DNA of 63,924 nucleotides, filler included, from Reclinomonas americana ATCC 50394 (Eukaryota): NCBI GenBank assembly GCA_048213135.1. It is 8 parts of 8 records of this genome, joined end to end, with 100 filler letters (N's around TTAATTAATTAA, not from the genome) between each part and the next. Parts side by side here need not be neighbours in the genome. Positions count along the whole stretch, not along the records: positions 48,575 to 57,063 come from AFZH01023001.1; positions 57,164 to 58,195 come from AFZH01023003.1; positions 58,296 to 63,924 come from AFZH01023004.1; 5 more parts are not named here. One strand, 5' to 3'. Shown piece by piece: positions 50,338 to 63,924 of this stretch (position 1 is its first letter; each line of letters starts with the position of its first letter). The notes under the pieces were generated by a model. It saw only the letters and a program-made list of their open reading frames with translations, ran no database searches and was not told where the DNA came from. The position numbers and the translations under genes were made by a program.

Positions 50338-51204
50338 ATGTCTGGGTCTCCGTCAAATGAGTCGGCTGCTGCCGTGATGGGTGATCCTGCGGTGAGTTGT
50401 CATCTCACTCTCTCTCTCTCTCTCTTTCTTGTATGTGGGTGCTGTGTGTGCAGCTCGTCGCCGTCATCGCGATCGAGTGGTGCGATTCGCCAGTGTCACT
50501 TGTGACAGTCATATGCATGATAAAAGTGGCTGTGAGTGCGTGCGAGGCACTGCGTCTCGCTCTGCAGTGCGTGCGCGTGTGCTGCCGAAGACGCACCTCT
50601 TCCGCCATCGGTTTCTGCTGAAGAAGCCAACGCACTCTGTGTACCTTGCCACTGTGCGCAAGGCCATGATCAAGTATCCTGACTTGCAACCGTGGTGGTC
50701 GCAGAGTGTGTCGCCGGTGTCTACGCCGTCGTTGGGCTCGGTGTGTTGTGTCTTTGTTGTGCATGTGTGTGATGGTGTAATGTCGCCTTTGGTGTCTGAC
50801 CCGTGTGTTGTGCGTGCAGATGGAGCTGGAGATCGGGGACTCTGACCGTCAGCGAGACGTGGAGGAGCTCAAGGAGGAGCTTCAACGTGCCCAAAAGGAA
50901 GCTCAGCGTGCGAAGGCTGCGCTTGCGGCCGAGCGCGAGCATGCCCAGGTGACAATTCATCACCTCAAGGAGCAGCGCAAGCGTGCCGAGTACCTGCTTT
51001 TGATCGAGCGTCAGTGTGCCGACGAGGCCCGCAAGGAGATCGAAGAGCTCATGCGTCAGCGAAAGCGCGCCAAGAGCAGTGACGATGAGTTTCGTGTTTG
51101 GCTCATGTCAGTCGTGCCAGTGTCGCGCATGCATGTCACGCTCATCAGCAGTCGACCACAGCGCTGAAGGCGACGAACCGGGACTGAAGCGCTCCAAGCG
51201 CTGA
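50338..51204 (+). CDS. Small multi-exon coiled-coil protein with a basic C-terminal NLS-like motif
   Basis: ATG at 50338 (MSGSPSNESAAAVMGDPA|gtgagt). Further exons include VRARVLPKTHLFRHRFLLKKP..., a heptad-rich MELEIGDSDRQRDVEELKEELQRAQKEA...RQRKRAK, and a terminal GLKRSKR*. Confidence 0.5.
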
Positions 51205-52027
51205 CAGCGTGGTACACCACCTGCTGCTTTCCGGTCTCTGGGGTGGCGTGCATGCATTTTTGGCGTGCTATGTATTCGTTTTTTAAAGAAAAATTGAGGA
51301 TCATAAACACCCAGAAGCCGACTGCAACATGCAAATTATGATGACTGATGATCGATGATGGTGCGAGAGACCGCCTGCTGCTGGTGTGGGACACCACCTG
51401 CTGCTGGGCGATCCGCGAGCGATGCTTGACGATGGATGCACGAAAGCATACGGATGCCTCCGAGCGGCTGCACTCACAACAACATTCATTCGCCTCGCAA
51501 GTTGCATGCTGGTCAAGGTTCCAATCTTCCATCGCTCGAATTGCGCTTCATCCTGCGACAACAACAATAGTCAGGTGCACGAAGAGACGACTCACATGCA
51601 AAGTGCAGCCCTCACAACACCAGGCAACTGCTCAGAAGAATCCCTTATGGTGCACTGCATTTCTGCATTCTTCTTCTTCTTCTCCTCATTCTTCTCATTC
51701 TTCTTCTTCTTCGTCGTCGTCGTCCTCTTGTGTCATTTCGTGTTCATTCTCTTCCTGTTTCTTCTTCTTCTTGTTCATTTCTTGTATTTCTACTTGTTCT
51801 TCATCATCTTCTTCTTCTTCTTCGACCAGCTCCATCGATCCCGCAAACAGCATGCATGTACTGCTTGCCCTGTGAATTCCTCTTCCCCTCTCTCTCTCTC
51901 TCATCCCTCCCGCTGCCATTCATCCACCCTCCCTCAACAAGCACCAGTGCAGGAATATATTATCCGCCATCCACAGCAGTATCTTGCTCCACGCATCCAG
52001 CTCCTCCTCCATCTTGAATTGCTTGCC

Positions 52028-55000
52028 CTACATGTCCTTCTCCTCATCGTCCTCCTCCTCCTCCTCCTCCTCCACCTCCTCATCCTCCTCCTTCTCCTCT
52101 TTCTTCATCACGTCAATCTTCACTGGCTTCTCGTCATCCAGCACTGCATCATATATAAACATGCTCGTCAGTGCTGATTCTGGCACGACAAACAACAAAG
52201 CCAGTGCTCTCAGTTTGGTGCATCGCGATCACTCACCAGCACGTGCAATTTCCGCCTTTGAAAGACAACCGTCTCGAAACAGCGTGGCCAGCAGGCCTGG
52301 ATAGTTGTGCAGCAGATGCATGGCCTGTGTGATAAATGGCAGAAGAACATTCCGAGTGCCATTCTTGTGCGTCAGCGTTGCTGACTCCTGTCACCCGAGA
52401 AACGAGAAAGTGATGCAGCTGCAATTGGTGCGCAGCATCGAGCATGACTATCTTGCACTTGCCTCAGAGTAGCCACGCTCGTCAATCACAATCAGTGGCC
52501 TCTCGATAGCATCCACCAACTCAGCTCCCCGAATACAACTCCTCTGATGGTGACATCCACGTCGAAGTTGAGTCAGGTACCACGCACATACCAATCGGCA
52601 GGACACTGAAACAACACACTGACACTCACCTCGATGAAGTTGCTCACGTTCTCGAGCACACCCTCCACTGACTTGGGCGTCTCGCTGCGTGCCGAGTTGG
52701 CACTCATGGCAAGGCTCTTGTTGAACGCAGACATGACTGCAGCCGAAGGGCAGCCTGGCCCCTCCGACGGCAGTCTGCATTCGTCGCAGGCAAGCTGGAA
52801 GAGAAGGCGCTGATGATGGAGGACCGCGGATCCCATCACCACGGATGCCATGAGGCCGAATGCCTTCACCAGCAACCTCTTCTTGTTGCAACCCTGTTCG
52901 CATGTGCGGTGGTGGGTGAGTGGGAGAGAGGAGCTGAGCAGAGAGGCAAAAACAACACGCAACACTTAGTCTCGTGAGCATTAATTGCTCGTTGATGCTC
53001 AAATTCGCAGGATCAATCTTGCGGCGCTGTGAAACACAAGCCACGCAGTATTGACAAGACAAAATCTCATGCATCACATAGAAAGCAGCGTCGGGCGTAC
53101 CTTCTCTCCATTCGCGTGATCATCCTCATTCTCGATGTCGTCATCATCTTCCTGCTCATCCTCCCTCTCCTCCTCTTTCTTCACCATCTCCATCTCCCTC
53201 ACGGCTGTTCGCTTGCTTGTCAACACATAATGCACTGTGCAGCCTCGAAGACAAGCAGCCAGACCTCGTTCCCTGCACCACTCGCCGGCGCGCGCAATCT
53301 CCGCCTCTGACAAACAGCCGTCTCGAAGCAGAGTGGCCAGCAGGTCTGGACAGCTGTGGAGAGCCTGCCTGGCCTGCGTGACGAAAGGCAGAAGAGCATT
53401 GGAAGCGCCTCCCCTCTGCGACTTTACTGCTGACTCCTACCATCAGAGCCACGTCAATGTGAGCCAGCTTTCAATGACGCACATCAGCTCACACACACAA
53501 TTTCCTACGCACTTCAGAGTAGCCACGTTCGTCAACCACAATCAGTGGCCTCTCGATAGCATCCACCAGCTCAGCTCCCCGAATACAACTCCTCTGATGG
53601 TGACATCCACGTCGAAGTCGAGTCACGTACCACGCACATACCAATCGGAAGGACACTGAAACAACACACTGACACTCACCTCGATGAAGTTGCTCGTGTT
53701 CTCGAGAACGCCCTCCACCGACTTGGGCGTCTCGCTGCGTGCGTGGTGGGCACTATTGGCAAGACTCTTGCTGAATGCAGACAAGACTGCGGCTGATGGA
53801 CGGCCCGGTCCCTCCGACGGCATTCCACATTCGTCACAGGCAAGATGGAGGAGAATGCGCTGATGGCGGAGGACTGTGGATGGCATCACCACGGGCGCCA
53901 TGAGGCCAAATGCCTTCACCAGTATCCTCTTCTTATTGCAACCCTACTCCAAGGCGAAGGTGAGCAGATGGGAGTGACAGCATTGTCGGTGACATGCATC
54001 GAGATAACAGCAACACGCAACAAGCAATCTCGCCAGCATCAATTGTTCGTTGACGCTCAGCTTCGCAGGACCACTCTTGCGGCGCTGTGGAGGGCGATCA
54101 CGACAGAGTTAGGACACGCACCGGACTCGCATCTAACGGAAACGAGCGACGGGCGTACCTTGCCAACGTCCTCATCCTCCTGCTCTTCCTCCCTCTTCTC
54201 CTCTTTCTTCACCATCTCCATCTCCCGCAGAGCTGTTCAGTCGTTGGTGAGGACATGCACTGTGCAGCCACGAAAGTTATGCAGCCAAACCTCGTTCACC
54301 ACACCACTCGGCGGCGCGTGCAATCTCCGACTCGGAGAGACAACCATCTCGGAGCAGAGTGGCCAGCAGGCCAGGACAGTCGTGGAAAGCCTCCACCACC
54401 TGTGTGACAAATGGCACAAGAGGGCTCTGCCTGCAGTGCGGCATCCTTGGCAAGCGCGACGATTCCTGGCAACCGAATTCCAGTGCACAGAATGTGAAAA
54501 AATACCATTCAGCACACACAATATGCACAGCGCAAAGCAGTCACACCTCTGAACAGCCACGCTCATCCACCACAATCAGTGGTCTCTCAATGGCATCCGC
54601 CAGAGCTGCGCCACGCAGTTCACTCTTCTGCAGAGTTGCACATGCAGCGATGTTGGCTCACTTTCCAGTCATGTGTGAGATGGCTAGCACTGAGGGATAT
54701 CGCGATGCTCACCTCGATGAACTTGCTCATGCTCTGGAGCACTCCCTCAACGGACTTGGGCGTTCTGGTGCGTGCATTATTGACAAACAGGCCAAGACTC
54801 TCGCCGAATGAATCCACGACTGCGGACGACAGACTGCCAGCTGCTGACAAAGGAATACCACACTCCTTGCACGCGAGTTGAAAGAGAACTCGTCGATGAT
54901 GCAAAACAGCGATCCACTTCAAAATTGGCGCCATGATGCCGAATGCCGTAACCAGAATCTTCTTCGTGTTGCATCGCTGTTCGTGCACCAGCTAACGAAT

Positions 55001-56970
55001 CAGATATATTGTCACGCAAATACATGCTATCTGCCTAGCTGAGGTGTTGTGGACATGCACACGCAACAAGCAGTCTGTCCAACACCATCCGCTCGTCCTT
55101 GCTCTTCCCGGCATCGAATACATGGCGAACACACTCGACATGCTGCACATGCACGCACCATGCAATCCGGACAAGTAACACCCGTGCATCACCAACCATG
55201 CACAGACATTGGGCATCGTCGTACCTTTCTCGGATTTGGTTCTTCGCCATCGTCACTGTCTGCATCCACCTGAGAACACAAGACGTCAACGCTTGACAGA
55301 GTCTACGAAGACACGCCAATTCTCACCCAGCCTCTCTTGTTTGCGTAATATTGCTGCGTACCTTGATGATATCGTCTTCCTCCTTGATGCCATCCTCCTC
55401 CTCCTCCTCCTCCTTCACCAGCATCTTCTCATCACCGGATTCTGCATGGTGCTGGTCAACACCAGTGCGAACAACAGCAGCAGGAGCATGAGCGAGACAG
55501 CAGACCTTTCGGTCGGTACCCCGTGACGGCGTGTGATATCTCGGCCTCAGAGAGGTGGTTGTCGCGTAGCAGAGAAGCGATGAGACCATCACACTCGCGC
55601 AACAAATCCATGGCCTGCTTGACAAACGGCTGAAGATGGTCTTTCTTAGTCTTGTTCTGAGGCGCCAGTCTCTTCCACGATTCCTGTCAATTACAAGTCG
55701 AGTGAACGAAGATTATTCGATACGATCGCATCAGACACAAACAATCACGCAAAACAAATATACCTTCGAATACCCGCGATCATCCACCGCAATAAGTGGT
55801 CTCTCAACAGCATCCGCCAGAGCCGCGCCACTGAGCTGGCTCATCTGCAGATTGCACTCATCTGCATGTTGGTTCAATATGCCACGGTCGTCACATCGCA
55901 CACGCTTGCTCACCTCGATGTAGTTGTTCACGCTCCGAAGTACACACTCAACTGACTTTGGCATTCTGCTGCGCACATCACTGGCAGTCTGGCCAAGCTT
56001 CTTGCCGAATACGCACTTGACTGCTGACGACGTGCGACCCGGTGACAGCAACGGAATCCCACAGTCGTTGCAGGCAATCTCAAAGAGACAACTCTGATGG
56101 TGGCTGACTGTGGATTTCTGAACAATGGGCGCCATCAACCCGAATGCCTTCACCAGGATCCTCTTTCGATTGCATCGCTGCGAATGACCCATGAAGAATG
56201 GTGAGTGCAATGAGGATGGAGGAGCAAGGTTGGTTGCAAGGATGAAAGAGAGCAAGCACACGCAACAAGCAGCTTGTTCAGCAGCAGCTTCTCGTCTGCG
56301 CTCAACTCCACTGGCTCTTCCGCAGCTCGACTCTTGCAACACTGAGAATTAACAACATCCATCATTGACACCAAAGAGCCCACATGCAGATTGTTGAACA
56401 AGCACAACTATGCCAGCGACAGAATTCACACCTTCTTCTTTGGCGGTGCAAATTCGTCGTCGCTGGATGCATCCACCTGCAGAGAATGAAGAGAAAAAAT
56501 CCGGTGTCAACTGCCATGCACGAGGGCGATAGGCAGGTGAGACGCATGCCGCACCTCCAGAGAACGCTTGCGGACCGATGTCTCAACTGAATCACGTGCA
56601 GGCAAGTCCTCACAGCGATCCACTGGAGACGAGTCGACTCGCTGTCTCCTCGAACGTTGCTGTGCAATCATGCCAAGAGAGAGAGAGAGAGAGAGGGTTC
56701 AGTGAAATACATGCTCATCTTGAGATGTCGCAATCACTGTACCTCGACAATGCCTTCCATCGCTGTGAGTTCCATGTGCTCCTGGGGAGCAGCTGTGTGC
56801 ATGCACCACCCAGGTGAGGAATTACGTGACGAGGACACCAAACGACAGCAAAAGAGAGACGCACCCTGCTCTGAGCGATTCTCCGCGTCACGTCGGGCAG
56901 CGGCAATGGCGGCTGTGCTCTCGTCGGTGTGCGTCTTCTTCTTCTTGTCCTTCAAAAAGCCAGCTGGTTC
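52028..56970 (-). CDS. Unknown protein with 4 tandem ~150-170-aa multi-exon domains and acidic linkers (paralog B); first exon(s) in a gap, 3' end uncertain (TAG at ~52028 or further exons to ~51695)
   Basis: Same KDKKKK exon at ~56865-56970. Units at ~56340-55530, 55100-54290, 54090-53250 and 53030-52230. Long blocks are near-identical in DNA to paralog A. Confidence 0.65.
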
Positions 56971-57163
56971 TGCAACAGGGAATGGAACAACGACAATCCA
57001 TAAGGAGGAGGAGAAGGAGAAGAAGAAGATGAAGAAGAAGAAGAAGAAGAAGAAGAAGAAGAANNNNNNNNNNNNNNNNNNNNNNNNNNNNNNNNNNNNN
57101 NNNNNNNTTAATTAATTAANNNNNNNNNNNNNNNNNNNNNNNNNNNNNNNNNNNNNNNNNNNN

Positions 57164-57915
57164 GGAAGGAAAAAGGGGGGAAGGAAAAGGGGAGGAAGGA
57201 ACGGGGGGAGCAGGGGAAGGAAAAAGGGGGAAGGAACAGGGGGAAGGAACAGGGGGAAGGAACAGAGGGAAGGAACAGGGGGAAGGAACAGAGGGGAAGG
57301 AACAGAGGGAAGGGACAGGGGGAAGGGACAGGGGGAAGGAACAGGGGGGAAGGAGAAGGGGGAAAGAACAAGAGGGTGATGTAGAGAGCACAACATTACC
57401 AGGCAAGTCCTTGTCATGACAAGGAGAGCCAAACCTCGAAACGCGCCAAGGAGAGAAGACCAAGCAAGAGTGGCTGACTTCCAGAGGGAAGAGCGATTGG
57501 AACAGAAGAGCGAGAACAAAAGAAAGCACCCTGATGAAACTGCTGATTGTACGCCCAAGAAAAATAAAGAGAGACTGGGTAATCCCCAAGGGGGAGAGAC
57601 AGCGGAAAAGGAGAGAGAGAGAGAGAGGAGGGAGATGTTCGACCAGTTCCAGCAAAAGAACACACAAACCCAGAGGACAAAGACTGCGGCAAATGGGAGA
57701 GCACGCTGAAGAAGCTGCCTTTCCCCACACACACCGCACCGTGCGCCCAGATGCAACATCAAGAACAGGCAAGAGTGCTAACTTTCAGAGGGAAGAGAGG
57801 AAAGAAAAAACCAAGAGAAAAGCACGCAGTAAACACTGCCTTTCCCCAACACGCCGCACCTCATTGTACGCCCAAGAAGAAAGAAAGACTGGCTAACCCC
57901 CAAGAGAAGAGATTG

Positions 57916-57953
<38 letters not shown>

Positions 57954-58129
57954 TGCACGACCAGACCCAACAAGAGAACATACATGAGTGGGAAGCCTCC
58001 AGAGGAGAAAGACTGCAGAAAAGGGGAGAGCACCCTGAAGAATCTGCCTTTCCCCCGCACATCGCTCCTCATTGTACGCGCAAGAAGAAATAAGAAAGAG
58101 TGGAAACCTACAAGGGGAAATACTGCGGA

Positions 58130-58190
<61 letters not shown>

Positions 58191-58195
58191 CGACG
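57164..58195. repeat. Purine-rich minisatellite (GGAACAG(A/G)GGGAA-type) followed by a degenerate tandem repeat of about 3 units
   Basis: Minisatellite at 57164-57365. ATTGTACGC(C/G)CAAGAA recurs at ~57547, 57863 and 58072; CTGCCTTTCCCC recurs at ~57716, 57836 and 58044. Confidence 0.75.
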
Positions 58196-58945
58196 NNNNN
58201 NNNNNNNNNNNNNNNNNNNNNNNNNNNNNNNNNNNNNNNTTAATTAATTAANNNNNNNNNNNNNNNNNNNNNNNNNNNNNNNNNNNNNNNNNNNNGGGGG
58301 AGGGAGAAGGGTGGGGAAGGGAGGGAGGGAGGGAGGGAGAAAGAGAGAGAGAAACAGAACTGAGCAACTTGCAGACTAACTCATTCCCTCTCTCACTCAC
58401 ACACACACACTCTCTCTCACTCACTCACTCACTCACTCTCTCTCACTCACTCTCTCTGTCTCTCTCTCAACTTACTCACTCACTCACTCATACACTGCAC
58501 TCACTCACTCACTCACTCACTCTCTCTCTCGCTCTCTCACACACACTCTCTCTCTCTCTCTCACTCATTTCCTTTCTTCTGTCTCTCTTTCTCTCACTCT
58601 CTCACACTCACTCCCTTCTCCTCTCCCTTCCCTTCCCTTTCCCTTCCCTCCCTTCTCCTTCCCCTTCTCCTCCCCTTCTCCTATCCTTCTCCTATCCTTT
58701 TCCTCCCATTTCCCTTCGTCTTCTTCCCCTGCCCTCTTGCCCCCTTCTCTCTCTATGTTTCACTCACGGCGACGGGTAATGCGCTGTGACTATGCCATTG
58801 ATCATCTTGATGTGTTCCGTCCACTCTGCCTCACTGACCTGCGCAGTCAGAGAGAGTGTGTGAGCAACAAACAAGCAAGTGCGTGTCTCTCGCTCTTTGT
58901 GTGTTACTCACGATTGTGGGTGGCATGCCCGTGGGGTAGTCAGCA

Positions 58946-59152
58946 ATGAACTTTTCGGGGCCGGCATCAAAGGCAACTCTCGCGATGAGGCGCATGATGA
59001 CAGATTTTTCCGACAAGACTGAGCTCGGGGACACGCGACAAGTTGTCGAGGCCATGTTCCACTATGTTTTTTGTGAAAGGTATTGTCTCTGCGTGGAGCA
59101 ACGTGAATCTGCACCTCAGAGAGACATGCCTAAGTCAGTTCCTGTCGATTAA
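58946..59152 (+). CDS. Possible terminal exon of a gene whose 5' part is lost in the gap
   Basis: Short, plausible globular ORF ending in TAA, convergent with the ANK-kinase. No domain recognised. Confidence 0.2.
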   Translation: MNFSGPASKATLAMRRMMTDFSDKTELGDTRQVVEAMFHYVFCERYCLCVEQRESAPQRDMPKSVPVD

Positions 59153-59286
59153 TTGAGTCGCAGACTTACGACAAACAAACACACTTCATTCACCATTAAT
59201 ATTGCAATACATGGATGCACTTTGTTCACCAACCCCACAAAGAGCAGCGTGGTTAACGATTCAAACCCCCCTTTCTCCTCTCGTCT

Positions 59287-62766
<3,480 letters not shown>

Positions 62767-63209
62767 GGTCGTTAGAAGGTCTTGTGTGTGTGTGTGCGTG
62801 TGTGTGCGTGTGTTGTGTGTTCGTTTTGTGTGCAAACTTCTCGACTTCACAGGACATCGCTCAATCACCCACCAGTGTGAGCGAGAGAGAGACGCACACA
62901 CACACGCGCTCACAAGATGTGGTGTGCTCAAGTTGCAAGTTGCGCATGCGTTCCCTCGACTCACGCGCACACAGTGAGGAGGACATCTCGCGACATGCTC
63001 ACTCTCTTTCTCTCACACACACACACTCACACGCTCTTGTGCGTTCTTATGTGCTGAGGTTGAGCTGTGTGTGCTCGTCACAAGATTAGAATGAGAGGAA
63101 ATGAGCGAGGAGAGAGTGAGGGTCGGAGATATAAATGAGCAATGTGTGTGTGTGTGTTTGTGTATATGAGTGTGTGTGTGTGTGTTTGTGTGTATGAGTG
63201 TGTGTATGA

Positions 63210-63246
<37 letters not shown>

Positions 63247-63399
63247 TCTTTGACAATGTGATGCGGAATCAACGTTGAGATGATTCATTGAGCTCTCTCA
63301 TTGTCGCATTCTTGCCCTCGGGAAGCGACGAGTGTGTGTCTCTCTCTCTCTCTATCAGTTTCCCTCTCATCGCTCACTCTCCTTTCCCTCCCCTCACAG

Positions 63400-63617
63400 G
63401 GCTCCTTCGGCCTTCCTTCTCCGCCACCCTCTCCCCCTCGTCATCATCATCATCGACAACTGCGACCCTGTCACTGTCATCCTTTGCATGCCGTCACCAT
63501 CGGTGGTTCGCGACCGACTCCACCGGTCCCGATGCCGTGCTGGAGCGCAATCGCCGCATTGCAGAGGCCGTGGCTGCGGGAAGCTTCGCTGCGGCGCCGG
63601 AGACGTTGCAGAGGGAG
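63400..63617 (+). CDS. Probable exon(s) of a further gene continuing beyond the window
   Basis: cacag acceptor at ~63399; DAVLERNRRIAEAVAAGSFAAAPETLQRE is followed by a GTGAGT donor at 63618. Confidence 0.3.
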
Positions 63618-63740
63618 GTGAGTCGGGTGTGCGCAGGCAGGGGGGAAAGGGAAAGGATGCGCAGATAGGTTGAGAGAGAAAGTGAGAAGGAGAGAGATGT
63701 GAGCATGGTGGGACGGAGAGAAGAGTCAATGCGCGAGGGG

Positions 63741-63924
<184 letters not shown>

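Noticed and set aside
25581..58295. Recurrent palindromic TTAATTAATTAA inside N-runs
   Set aside because: Artificial six-frame-stop contig linker, identical at all 7 gaps. True gap sizes are unknown.
57164..58779. Long Pro/Leu/Ser/Phe-rich ORFs
   Set aside because: Translations of purine/pyrimidine minisatellites and (CT)/(CACT) repeats.

Overview
This is intron-rich, microsatellite-rich eukaryotic DNA, most likely from a protist. It consists of 8 contigs joined by artificial 100-bp spacers (44 N + TTAATTAATTAA + 44 N). Gene models were spliced by eye using GT-AG introns. Contents in order: (1) 1-14.3 kb is a tandemly duplicated, convergent two-gene module: a NACHT-type STAND NTPase + pentapeptide + WD40 gene (9 and 14 near-identical 126-bp repeats with hypervariable positions) facing a decayed WD40 + coiled-coil + Pelle/IRAK-like kinase gene built from the same WD40 repeat family. 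(2) A large Pmp-repeat (GGA/FxxN) + Cys-rich + multi-TM surface receptor. (3) ASCC2. (4) A ~14-kb polycystin-1-like gene (NHL, IPT-like, REJ, GPS, ~5 TM). (5) A small gene with a Nup98-GLEBS-like motif and a SAM domain. (6) Two paralogous genes made of 4 or more tandem copies of an unrecognised ~150-170-aa multi-exon domain. (7) An apparently intact ankyrin + coiled-coil + Pelle/IRAK-like kinase from the same family as the WD40 kinases. The best candidate for an undescribed system is an NLR-like (NWD) sensor paired with cytoplasmic Pelle/IRAK-like kinases that carry swappable repeat sensors. No database searches were run, and exon boundaries are approximate.
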